From NCBI GenBank assembly GCA_029820045.1, contig JALGVE010000002.1:3538-67537 (forward strand): DNA of 64,000 bases, in the 5' to 3' direction. The position numbers and the translations under genes are program-made. Shown piece after piece: positions 9,784-18,525 of the stretch (positions are counted from its first letter, which is position 1; each line of letters opens with the position of its first letter). Origin of the DNA: Candidatus Zipacnadia bacterium (GTDB lineage Bacteria > Armatimonadota > Zipacnadia > Zipacnadales > UBA5352). Under the pieces are notes generated by a model. The model saw only the letters and a list, made by a program, of their open reading frames with translations. It was not told where the DNA came from and did not search any database.

Positions 9784-9903
9784 GCACCAGCGCGACTCGA
9801 GGGGACTGTCCCCCTTTTCGCGTCGTGGAGGACGCTCGCGTCCTCAGCGAAAAAGGCGGACTGTCCCCATGCTCGATGAGTAGTTACGAAAGGAGACCCT
9901 CCG

Positions 9904-10953
9904 ATGAGCGACAAGCCGCTGGGTTTCGGCGTCATAGGCCTCGGAGTCGGGAAGAGCCGGGCGAAGATGGCGGCCGAGTGCCCGGATGCCGAGCTGATCG
10001 CCGTCTGCGACCTTGACGAGGAGCGGCTGAACCCGGTCGCCGAGGAGCATGGTTGTGACCGTCACACCGACTACAAGGAGATGGCCGAGCGCGATGATAT
10101 AGACTGCATCCTGGTGATGACCCCGAGCGGCCTGCACTGCGAGATGGCCATCGAGTGCCTGAAGCGCGGCAAGCACGTAGCGACCACCAAGCCGATGGAT
10201 GTCCGCCTGGACATCATTGACGAGGCGATCGCGACGGCGGAAGAGGAGAGCCGCGTGCTGGCCGTTGACTTCGGCAGGCGCTACAGCGACGACTGCCGGC
10301 GCATCAAGCGCGCGATGGATGAGGGCCGCTTCGGCAGGCCGATCCTGGCGACCATCGAGATGAAGTGGTGGCGCACCGAGGATTACTACGCGGGCTGGCG
10401 CGGCACCTGGGAGTTCGATGGCGGTGGGTCGCTGGCGAACCAGGGCATCCATCAGATTGACCTGGTGCAGTGGATCATGGGGCCGGTCACGCGCGTGGTC
10501 GGCGACTACGCCGTGATGGCCCACGAGAACTGCGAGACCGAGGACCTGGGGATGGCCCTCGCAGAGTTCGAGAGCGGCGCGAAGGGCAGCTTCATCACGA
10601 CGACCACCTACGAGCCGGAGCATGTCACGCGGGTGGGCTTTCACGGAACCGAGGGCGCGGTGCTGCTTGACAGCGAGGAGCCTGCGATCTGGCAGTTCCG
10701 CGATGAGGAAGAGGAGGAGCCGCTGCCGCCGGGCCCGGCGAACATCGTCGAGGACATGGTGCGCTGCCGCCGGGCCCGGCGAACATCGTCGAGGACATGG
10801 TGGGCTGCATTCGCGAGGGGAAGGAGCCGGCCTGCACGGGCCCCGAGGGGCGCAAGTCGGTGGAGGTCCTCCGTGCGATCCTGCGCTCCGCGGACACGGG
10901 CGTCTGGGTTGATTTACCCATCGAGGGGGCGTGACGCGGAGGGGCTGCAGTGA
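9904..10953 (+). CDS. Gfo/Idh/MocA family oxidoreductase carrying a frameshifting 41-bp tandem duplication near the 3' end (possible pseudogene; the intact frame would end at 10935)
   Basis: N-terminal GFGVIGLGVGKSRA Rossmann motif and EMAIECLKRGKHV. 10721-10761 is repeated exactly at 10762-10802. After the second copy the +1 frame reads GCIREGKEPACTGPEGRKSVEVLRAILRSADTGVWVDL*, a typical Gfo C-terminus. Confidence 0.7.
   Translation: MSDKPLGFGVIGLGVGKSRAKMAAECPDAELIAVCDLDEERLNPVAEEHGCDRHTDYKEMAERDDIDCILVMTPSGLHCEMAIECLKRGKHVATTKPMDVRLDIIDEAIATAEEESRVLAVDFGRRYSDDCRRIKRAMDEGRFGRPILATIEMKWWRTEDYYAGWRGTWEFDGGGSLANQGIHQIDLVQWIMGPVTRVVGDYAVMAHENCETEDLGMALAEFESGAKGSFITTTTYEPEHVTRVGFHGTEGAVLLDSEEPAIWQFRDEEEEEPLPPGPANIVEDMVRCRRARRTSSRTWWAAFARGRSRPARAPRGASRWRSSVRSCAPRTRASGLIYPSRGRDAEGLQ
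10721..10802 (+). repeat. 41-bp perfect tandem duplication inside the oxidoreductase gene
   Basis: cgctgccgccgggcccggcgaacatcgtcgaggacatggtg appears twice back to back. Confidence 0.9.
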
Positions 10954-11010
10954 GGCAAGTGGGCGTGTTCGTGTCGCACAGGCGAATGCGCGCGAAAGGA
11001 CGGTCTACTC

Positions 11011-12714
11011 ATGCGCACACGCATGGTGACGATGGCGCTCATCCTGGTGGCTGTGGGATCGCTGGCTGTCGGCTATTGCCAGGGCCTGCCGGACATGCGC
11101 ATCCGCAAGAAGCTCATCGAGTGTGGGTGGGACACGCCCGACACGGCGATGCTGCGCCAGCATCTGGCGGCCGTCGAGCAGGCGCCATATGACGGTATCA
11201 GAATCAAGGCGACAGGCAAGACCGTTGAGGGCGAGTTGGCCCGGCTGACTTTCGCCTTCGGGCCCGAGGAGTGGGACCGCGAGTCCTTCCAGCAGGCGCT
11301 TGACGACCTGAAGGCCTGCAACTGGCAGCGCATGACCGACAACTTCCTGGCTACGGGCGCCAACCCCGGCAGCGTGGACTGGTTCGACGACGAGGGGTGG
11401 GCCCAGATCACAGAGCACATGCGCATCGCGGCCTGGATCGCCCGCGAGGGGGGCCTGAGGGGCATCATCTTCGACCCGGAGAGCTACTCTGAGTACCACC
11501 AGTGGATGTACACCGAGCAACCCGGGCGCGACCAGCACTCCTTCGAGGAGTACTACGACAAAGCCCGCGAGCGCGGGCGGGAGGTGATGGGCGCCATCTG
11601 CGAGGAATACCCGCAGATCACCGTATTCACCTTCTTCGCCAACATCGTCAACGCCACCGCAGCCAAGCGCGCCGACCCCCGCACGGTGCTGAAAGGCCTC
11701 AGCTACGGGCTGTACACTCCGTTCATTGACGGCTGGCTGGACGCGCTGCCGCCGACGGCAACCCTCATTGACGGCTGCGAGCGCGCTTACCACTTCAACG
11801 ATGTGGACGACTTCCTCAACGCCGCGCAGTTCATCCGGTCAGACGCCCAGACGCTGGTGTCCCCTGAGAACCGCGCCAAGTACCGCGCCCAGGTGCAGGT
11901 CGGCTTCGGCATCTATCTCGACGCCCACGCCAACCCGCCGGGCTCCAAGTACTACATAGACCCCGGCGATCAGACGCCCACCCAGCGTCTGGCGCGGAAC
12001 ATCACCAGCGCCCTGCGCGTGTGCGATGAGTACGTGTGGACCTGGGGTGAGAAGTGGCACTGGTGGCCGTGCAAGCGCTGGCCGGAAAACGACAAGCCGT
12101 GGGAACTGGCGCTGCCGGGCATCACCGACGCTCTGAACTGGGCCCGCGACCCGCAGGGCTACGGGCTGCGACGAGTAGCGGAGATGGAGCGCGCCGGGAC
12201 GCTGGTTGAGCTGGCGCGCAACGGCGACTTCGGCTCAGAGACGGCGGCCACGCCCGATGGCGGCCAGGACGACTGGAAACAGGAGGGCGCGCCCGCGGGC
12301 TGGAGCACCTGGCAGGCGGGCGCCAGCGAGGGCATCTTCGCGTGGGACCGCGAGGTGGGGGCGATCGCCCCTGGCTCGGCGCGCATGACGGGTGTGTCGG
12401 ACGGCTGCTTCATCCAGGTCTACGACGTTCAGCCGGGCGAGCGCTACTTCGTGCGGGCGGTCGCGCGCCAGCAGGGCCGCGGCTGGCCGCAGATACGCGT
12501 GCGCTGGCAAACACCCGAAGGGCAATGGACGCTACAGGAACTCGACCCCATCCTCACGCCCGAGCCCTCGCACGACGAGTGGAAGACCATCGCGGGCGTC
12601 GTAACCGTTCCGGAGGGCGTTGGCAAGCTGGTGATCCTGCTGGGGGTGAAGAGCCAGGCATCTGAGGAGGACATCGTCTGGTTCGATGACGTGAGCCTGG
12701 TGAAGCTGCAGTAA
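11011..12714 (+). CDS. Secreted hypothetical protein with C-terminal carbohydrate-binding-module-like beta-sandwich (567 aa)
   Basis: Signal peptide MRTRMVTMALILVAVGSLAVGYC. SD aaagga 8 nt before the ATG. C-terminal Trp/Gly-rich ~150 aa resembles CBM4/9-type modules (inference). Confidence 0.6.
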   Translation: MRTRMVTMALILVAVGSLAVGYCQGLPDMRIRKKLIECGWDTPDTAMLRQHLAAVEQAPYDGIRIKATGKTVEGELARLTFAFGPEEWDRESFQQALDDLKACNWQRMTDNFLATGANPGSVDWFDDEGWAQITEHMRIAAWIAREGGLRGIIFDPESYSEYHQWMYTEQPGRDQHSFEEYYDKARERGREVMGAICEEYPQITVFTFFANIVNATAAKRADPRTVLKGLSYGLYTPFIDGWLDALPPTATLIDGCERAYHFNDVDDFLNAAQFIRSDAQTLVSPENRAKYRAQVQVGFGIYLDAHANPPGSKYYIDPGDQTPTQRLARNITSALRVCDEYVWTWGEKWHWWPCKRWPENDKPWELALPGITDALNWARDPQGYGLRRVAEMERAGTLVELARNGDFGSETAATPDGGQDDWKQEGAPAGWSTWQAGASEGIFAWDREVGAIAPGSARMTGVSDGCFIQVYDVQPGERYFVRAVARQQGRGWPQIRVRWQTPEGQWTLQELDPILTPEPSHDEWKTIAGVVTVPEGVGKLVILLGVKSQASEEDIVWFDDVSLVKLQ

Positions 12715-12722
12715 CGGACAGG

Positions 12723-13070
12723 TCACAGGCCCATGAGCGTGCGCAGGATCTCCTCGACCCGGGCCATCGTGTCGCCGGACACCGCGCCCAGCCGCCCGGC
12801 CAGTTGCTGCTTCGAGATCGAGCGGATGTCCTCGCACCTGACTTGGGACGTGCGGGAAACGCCGCCCTCGGGGGGCTCGACCGTCACGGGCGAGGCAATC
12901 CGCCGCTGCCGTGTCGTGAGCGGCACCACCATGACCAGTTCAGCGGTGCCCGCGTTGAACTCGTCGGCAGACACCACTAGCACCAGTCGCGTGCCCCCCT
13001 GCTCGTGGCCCACAACTGGGTCGAGGTGTGCGTAGTAGACCTCGCTGCGCTGGGGCGTCACTCCTCCCAT
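12723..13070 (-). CDS. Type II toxin, PemK/MazF-family mRNA interferase
   Basis: YYAHLDPVVGHEQGGTRLVLVVS... matches the MazF/PemK fold signature. Overlaps the upstream antitoxin gene by 13 bp. Confidence 0.7.
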   Translation of the reverse strand: MGGVTPQRSEVYYAHLDPVVGHEQGGTRLVLVVSADEFNAGTAELVMVVPLTTRQRRIASPVTVEPPEGGVSRTSQVRCEDIRSISKQQLAGRLGAVSGDTMARVEEILRTLMGL

Positions 13071-13327
13071 GGGTCATCCTCGAGCCCGTCCATGAGGGTG
13101 GACTCCCACAGCTTGCGCTCCCCCAACTCCTCGGCCCAGGCCTCGGGGTCCTCGCGCAGTCTGGCATAGTCCTCGTTCCCGCGTCGCAACAGATCCTGGC
13201 GCCTCAAATGCTCGACGGCCTCCTCCACCAGTTCCGTCATCGGAACCCCACGGCGGGCCGCGAGTTCGCGCAGAATCTGATGGGTCTCCTTCCTCACGCG
13301 CAGCGTAACGGACATGAGCGATATCAC
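13058..13327 (-). CDS. Ribbon-helix-helix (CopG/MazE-like) antitoxin
   Basis: 89 aa. The N-terminal ISLMSVTLRVRKETHQILRELAARRG has the beta-strand+helix RHH pattern, followed by an acidic C-terminus. Immediately upstream of and overlapping the MazF-like toxin. Confidence 0.6.
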   Translation of the reverse strand: MISLMSVTLRVRKETHQILRELAARRGVPMTELVEEAVEHLRRQDLLRRGNEDYARLREDPEAWAEELGERKLWESTLMDGLEDDPWEE

Positions 13328-13389
13328 CTGCCTCTAGGCCCGGAAGTCCGGCACCTCGACCGGGTGGGCGCCATTCTCGGCTGAGGGAG

Positions 13390-15324
13390 CTACCCCGCTT
13401 CCTGGGCCACCGGCAGCCAGACGCGCATGGCGGAGTCCCCTCGGTTGGCCCAGGCGTAGTACGGAATGGCTGTGACGTCGGTCTTCCGCATAGTCGGCGG
13501 AGGCGCGGAGCCATAAGGCCGGTACAACGGTCCAGGGGCGTGAGAAGGCGCTGGGGATAGCGCCGGGCCGCGTAGCACCGTGACGCCCCCGAGCAGGTCC
13601 GGCTGCCACTCGCCCTCGAACCCGCCTCCAGGGTCGGCGGCATCTAGCGGCAGGACGAGGTCGGCCACGTCTACTTGGACGTTGTCCACGCTCTCGAAGC
13701 AGTAGACCACTGGCCCGCGCATCAGCGCCACGCACCCGCGCGTTTCAGCGACCCGGGGATGACTCTCGACGGCCCGCGCGGGCATGGTAAGCACCAGGCG
13801 GACCCGATCTCCGGCCTCCCAGCGCCGCCGCACCTCGTGGTAGCCACCCGGCTGCACGGCCCCGGCTGCTGCCTCCCCGTTGACGGACACCCTAGCCTCT
13901 GACGTCCATCCGGGAATGCGCAGGAACAGGGCGAAGTCCTGGGCCCGCTCGGGGCTGATGGTGATGTCTATCACGCCCTCCCAGGGATAGCGCGTGTCCA
14001 CTGCCAGCTCCACCGTGGAACCATCGGGGGCGGTGAGGGATGCCCGGCACGCATCGTACAGATGCACCCAGAGGCCCTCGGCGCTCGTGCTGAATATCAA
14101 GCCTGGCAGCGAGCCCAGCGTCCGGTGAACGTTCGGCGGGCAGCAATTGCATCCGAACCAAGGCTGTCGCTCAACACCGCCGTCGCTCGCGAGGGGGTTG
14201 CGGTAAAAATACTCGGTCCCAGACAGCGAAACTCCTGATAGGAAGGCGTTATACAGGATACGTTCGATAGTGTCGGCGAATCGGGCCTCCCCCGTTACAA
14301 GCAGCATGCGCCAGGCCCACATGACGTGGGAGATCTGGGCGCAGGTCTCAGCGTACGCGCGGGCGCTGGGCAGCTCGTACGGCTCGCCGAAAGCCTCGCC
14401 CTGATAGCGGGCCCCGACGCCCCCGGTGACGTATATCTTGCCGGTGACCAGGTCGTGCCAGAGGTGGAGCAAGTTGCGCCACATCTTGTCGTCACCGGTC
14501 TCGGCGTACCAGTCGGTGCCGCCGGCGCAGATGTACCCGGATCGCACACAGTGCCCCACGAGGGCTGGACGCTCGGCGATAGGGGGGAGGTTCTCCAGCG
14601 ACTGCGGCAAGCCCAGAAAGAACCCCGCGAGCTCCAAGTAGCGCTGCTCGCCGGTCGTCCGGAAGAGCTCTATGAGGGCAAGTTCGATCTCGGGATGACC
14701 GTCGGTCTGCTCGCGCTTGCCCGGCCCGAACTCTTGGGTGAGGTAGTCGGCGAACTTGATGGCCACGTGCAGTAGCTGGTCGCGCCCGGTGGCGCGGTAG
14801 TGTGCGATAGCCGCTTGCATCAGGTGTCCGGCGCAGTACAGCTCGTGGGAGCGTGCCAGGTTTGAGAACCGCTCCCGCGGTGGTCCGGCACTAGAGAGAG
14901 TGCCCAGATAGAGATAGCCGTCGGCTTCTTGGGCTGCCGCGATGTCGTCAATGATCTGATCCACGGTCTGTCGCAGCTCCGGGAGATCCTCGGACTGCAG
15001 GGCAAAGGCGGCCCCCTCCAGCCATTTGTACAGATCCGACTCACTGCCGAAGGACCCCTGGCGGAAGGGAGCATCGCTCCGGCCGGCAGCCCGGCGGAAG
15101 TTGTCCACCACCCCGTGCTCCTCCATCAGGCGCAGGAAGGTCGGGATGCCCTCCCGCACGTTGGCCTGCATCCTGGGCCGCCAAAACCCCTCGCCCATCC
15201 TGACCGCCCCGATGGGCACCGACTGCAACCTGAAGTGGGGCCCCAGGCGTGTATCCACCACGCCGGGCTTCTGGGCGTTAGCCTCTTGGCTTTCAGTCTT
15301 GGTCATCTCACGATCTCCTTGCAC
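13390..15324 (-). CDS. Glycoside hydrolase family 127 (DUF1680) beta-L-arabinofuranosidase-like
   Basis: Contains the AYAETCAQ (Glu/Cys) and WFGCNCCPPN (C-x-C-C zinc/catalytic Cys) motifs characteristic of HypBA1-type GH127. Confidence 0.75.
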   Translation of the reverse strand: MQGDREMTKTESQEANAQKPGVVDTRLGPHFRLQSVPIGAVRMGEGFWRPRMQANVREGIPTFLRLMEEHGVVDNFRRAAGRSDAPFRQGSFGSESDLYKWLEGAAFALQSEDLPELRQTVDQIIDDIAAAQEADGYLYLGTLSSAGPPRERFSNLARSHELYCAGHLMQAAIAHYRATGRDQLLHVAIKFADYLTQEFGPGKREQTDGHPEIELALIELFRTTGEQRYLELAGFFLGLPQSLENLPPIAERPALVGHCVRSGYICAGGTDWYAETGDDKMWRNLLHLWHDLVTGKIYVTGGVGARYQGEAFGEPYELPSARAYAETCAQISHVMWAWRMLLVTGEARFADTIERILYNAFLSGVSLSGTEYFYRNPLASDGGVERQPWFGCNCCPPNVHRTLGSLPGLIFSTSAEGLWVHLYDACRASLTAPDGSTVELAVDTRYPWEGVIDITISPERAQDFALFLRIPGWTSEARVSVNGEAAAGAVQPGGYHEVRRRWEAGDRVRLVLTMPARAVESHPRVAETRGCVALMRGPVVYCFESVDNVQVDVADLVLPLDAADPGGGFEGEWQPDLLGGVTVLRGPALSPAPSHAPGPLYRPYGSAPPPTMRKTDVTAIPYYAWANRGDSAMRVWLPVAQEAG

Positions 15325-15427
15325 TAGATCTGTGTCACCCTCGGGGCAATACGCTTCGCCCCTGCCGACGCCCTAGCTTCCTGGCGGCCCAGGTTCTGTG
15401 GGTCACTCATGGCGCCCTCGACCCGGC

Positions 15428-16516
15428 TCACTTCGGCCGGAAGTCCGGCACCTCGACCCGCTCGCCGCCGCTCTCGGCGGAGAGGTGGGCGCACAGCCCC
15501 GGCGCGGAGTAGTCCAAGCCCCGGTACACGTCAATAGGCGGCTTGGTGTCGTCGAGGATGCAGCGCACGAAGTCGTTGACGAGGAAATACTCCGAGGTCC
15601 CGTGCCCGCCCGCCGTCGCCTCCGGTGGCGCCTTGGGATGAGCAGCGCTCAGAGGTATCTGGATCGGCCCCTGGAGGTTGGGGATGCGCTCGGTATACAG
15701 GTGGTGGGAACCGGGGCGACCTCCGCGCGGGCTTTCCAGGTAGCCCTCGGTCCCGTAGACGACGAAGAAGTGCATGGACGGCTCGCGCGCGACGCAAAAG
15801 CCGGTCAGGACCTTGATGACCGCGCCGCTCTCGGTCTGGAAGATGCCGACCTCCATGTCAATGGTGCCCCACTCGGCGCCGATATTGCTGCCGGTGTGCA
15901 GCCCGCAGGCGCTGGTGATGCGCGTGTCCAGTATCTCCAGCACCGGCCCCAGGCTGTGCGTGCAGTAGTGGATAGGCGGCATCGAGGCCCGCCAGGTCGG
16001 GCCGGTCGCGGAGCCCTCGGTGACGCCGTCCTCGCGGTCGTGCATCAGGTAGCGGCAATCGTGGATGTACTCCGCCTCGGCGTAGATGGGCCGGCCGATG
16101 TTACCCTCGCGCACCAGGTGCTCGTAGGTCTGCACGTAGGCCATGTAATTCATGTTCTCCGCGAACATGTACTTCAGGCCCGTGCGCTCGACGGTGCGGG
16201 CCAGCGCCTCGGCCTGCTGCAGGTCGCTCGCTGCCGGCACCTCACTGAGCACGTGCTTGCCGTTCTCGAGCGCCTCGATGGCGTTCGGCACGTGGACCGG
16301 AAGAGGCGTCGCGACCACGATGGCGTCTATGTCCGTCGTACAGAACTCCGAGTAGTCGTCGAAGTGCATGGGCACGTTGTTCTGCTCAGCGACCTGCTGA
16401 GCCCGGTCCGCCTGCACATCGCAGACCGCCGCCAGCTCGCAGTCCTTGTGATTCGCGAACACGCGCACAAAGCCCATCCCACGACCAAGGCCAGCTACTC
16501 CAACTCTAAGCGCCAT
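15428..16516 (-). CDS. Gfo/Idh/MocA family oxidoreductase
   Basis: N-terminal LRVGVAGLGRGMGFV Rossmann motif and IEALENGKHVLSEVP. Same minus-strand orientation as GH127 just downstream. Confidence 0.75.
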   Translation of the reverse strand: MALRVGVAGLGRGMGFVRVFANHKDCELAAVCDVQADRAQQVAEQNNVPMHFDDYSEFCTTDIDAIVVATPLPVHVPNAIEALENGKHVLSEVPAASDLQQAEALARTVERTGLKYMFAENMNYMAYVQTYEHLVREGNIGRPIYAEAEYIHDCRYLMHDREDGVTEGSATGPTWRASMPPIHYCTHSLGPVLEILDTRITSACGLHTGSNIGAEWGTIDMEVGIFQTESGAVIKVLTGFCVAREPSMHFFVVYGTEGYLESPRGGRPGSHHLYTERIPNLQGPIQIPLSAAHPKAPPEATAGGHGTSEYFLVNDFVRCILDDTKPPIDVYRGLDYSAPGLCAHLSAESGGERVEVPDFRPK

Positions 16517-16834
16517 GATGGTTCCCCCTGACAGAGGTCACGCGGTGGCAGACTTGAAGGAAGGATCAGCGCGACTCTTGACCGTCGCGCCCTCCACCTC
16601 CTTCCTGGCCTGCGTGCCTGTGATCCCTGATAGGGGGCGCCGACATTCCTGCTTGGCCGCCGAAGCTTCAGCGAAGGTGGGTCGGCGGCCGTTTGTCGTT
16701 TGGGGCTTTCAACTGCGCGACAAGAATGTCGCGCCTCCGGTAAAGGGGGTGGGCGTTGTAAGCGGGCCCGCCCTGGAGGGCGGGCCCGCTCAGTTGGAGG
16801 TTACATCACTGGCCTTGGCATAGGTGAAGCGCAC

Positions 16835-17395
16835 TCACCACCCTTCTCGTCCGTATCCCCAACCGTGATAGTTGCTGTCCCAGTTGGGAGGGTTGTGCCC
16901 GTAGCGCAGGCGATACCAGTAGTTGTACCAGTTCTGGTCCAGGTACTCGCAGAAGTGTTGGTGCTTGATATGCCACTGCCGCGAGCCATCGTACGGGTGG
17001 TTCCTCAGGAAGGCCTGGTAGCGCCTCTGGATCTTCTGCCACTTCTGCGCAGGCGCTTCCGTGTACGGGAGCCGCTGGTAGCCGGGCGGGTAGCCGTACC
17101 TGCGCACCGCCGCGGTCCACGGGTCCTGGTAGCCCCACTGATTGCCCCACGCGGCAGGGATGCGGGAGTTGCCGCCGGGGTAATAGCCGCCGTAGCCCGG
17201 TGGACCCTGCGCGGGCATGTGCTTGCCCGGCTGACCCGTCCGTCCCATCCCCTGCTGCAACTGCCACTGGAACTCCGCGCTTCCGAACTGCGGGTTCGCC
17301 TCCGCCTGGTCCGTGCCCAGCGCTAACATCGCCGGGATCACCATCAGCACTGTTATCAGCGTGATCGTGAGGACTCTCCTGGTCATCTGATCCAC
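16835..17395 (-). CDS. Small secreted Tyr/Trp/Gly-rich low-complexity protein (186 aa)
   Basis: N-terminal TM/signal segment VLTITLITVLMVIPAMLALG. Mature part is rich in Y, W, G, N, Q, P (GYGGYYPGGN, NYWYRLRYGHNPPNW...). Own palindromic promoter motif and a downstream stem-loop. Confidence 0.6.
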   Translation of the reverse strand: MDQMTRRVLTITLITVLMVIPAMLALGTDQAEANPQFGSAEFQWQLQQGMGRTGQPGKHMPAQGPPGYGGYYPGGNSRIPAAWGNQWGYQDPWTAAVRRYGYPPGYQRLPYTEAPAQKWQKIQRRYQAFLRNHPYDGSRQWHIKHQHFCEYLDQNWYNYWYRLRYGHNPPNWDSNYHGWGYGREGW

Positions 17396-17514
17396 CTGCC
17401 TTTCCCTTCGATTGGCGTGTCACTGTCGTTTCTCTGCTGGTCGCTACTACACGCGGTAGTAGGTTACCCCGAAAACAAGGCCCCGAAACAGACTCGGGGC
17501 CTTGTCAGTGTCGC

Positions 17515-17988
17515 TCAGTAGCAGCCCCAGCCCCAGCCGATGCTCCATCCGCCCCACCGCTCGTCCCTGCGGCCGTCTCCGTATCCGGTATTGTAGCCAT
17601 CACCCCAGCCGTCGTTGTAGCCGTTGTTGTAGCCGTGGCGATAGCCCTGCCGGTAGTCGGATCTGGGATGGTATCGTGGGCGCGGAGGTGAGGGCGGGTG
17701 GTAGTATCCGCCTCGGTCGCCCCGGTTACCGTTCCAGAAGGCCCGGCGCCGGCTCTGGTACTCATTGCCCTGCCGGTCCCTGCGGTCCCCTTGGTAGTAG
17801 TACTTGCTCCCGTGGCTGGGCTGGTCGCCCAAGAGCTGGTAGACCAAGGTACCGGCGACGATACCGGCGATGGCCCTTCCCGTGTCGTTCGCCTGCGCTG
17901 GCTGCGGGGCGAACGCAGCCAAGGCTACCACTCCTACCAGAGCCACTGCCACCGTTCCCAGCACGCTTCGAGTGATCATTCTCTGCAT
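17515..17988 (-). CDS. Small secreted Gly/Tyr/Arg/Trp-rich low-complexity protein (157 aa)
   Basis: Signal peptide MQRMITRSVLGTVAVALVGVVALAAFA. C-terminus NGYNDGWGDGYNTGYGD...WGGWSIGWGWGCY. Followed by the terminator hairpin aaggccccgaaacagactcggggcctt (17477-17503). Confidence 0.6.
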   Translation of the reverse strand: MQRMITRSVLGTVAVALVGVVALAAFAPQPAQANDTGRAIAGIVAGTLVYQLLGDQPSHGSKYYYQGDRRDRQGNEYQSRRRAFWNGNRGDRGGYYHPPSPPRPRYHPRSDYRQGYRHGYNNGYNDGWGDGYNTGYGDGRRDERWGGWSIGWGWGCY

Positions 17989-18099
17989 CTCCCTCCTGGG
18001 TAGTCTGGTGCGTCTCGACTTGCTTGCCCCGCCACTACTATTAGACGTAGTAGATAGCTCTCAGGTTCATGGATTCTCGTAATTCCTCCAGATTATACC

Positions 18100-18525
18100 T
18101 CAGTCCCACGGCTGATCGTACTTGATATAGGGCCAACCGCAGCGTATCGGCGAGCGGAAGCGGAAGTGCGGCTGTTTCTCATACCAGTACTGCCCGGGCA
18201 GCGCATACGGCGAGTACACGGCATCTCGCGCAGCCTCCTGCTTGTCCTGCTGGCTCGGCTGCGCGCCGCACCACGGGCAGACCTCGCCCAGCTCATGGTA
18301 GTGCCCGCAGACGGGGCAGACGACCGGGTGGTCATAATCCTGCGCAAAGGTCGGGTATCGGGAGGGGGAGGGATGGTAGTAGTAGCCCGGCGTCTGACCG
18401 TCTCTGACGACCACCTCGCCGTCGAAGCTGCCGCGGTACCAGAGCCTCGTGCTGCCCTGGCCCCACGCGCTGGCCATGCAGGCCAGCGTCACCGCGATGA
18501 TAAGTGCAACTGTTGCCCTTCTCAT
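18100..18525 (-). CDS. Small secreted Tyr-rich protein with CPVCG...CPWCG zinc-ribbon-like motif (141 aa)
   Basis: Signal peptide MRRATVALIIAVTLACMASAWG (possible lipobox). Tyr/Pro/Trp-rich mature region. Confidence 0.55.
   Translation of the reverse strand: MRRATVALIIAVTLACMASAWGQGSTRLWYRGSFDGEVVVRDGQTPGYYYHPSPSRYPTFAQDYDHPVVCPVCGHYHELGEVCPWCGAQPSQQDKQEAARDAVYSPYALPGQYWYEKQPHFRFRSPIRCGWPYIKYDQPWD

Noticed and set aside
13349-13370. RNase P RNA P4-like string (ggaagtccgg)
   Set aside because: Only a short chance resemblance. No flanking conserved RNase P helices. The sequence is explained by duplication of the oxidoreductase gene's 3' end.
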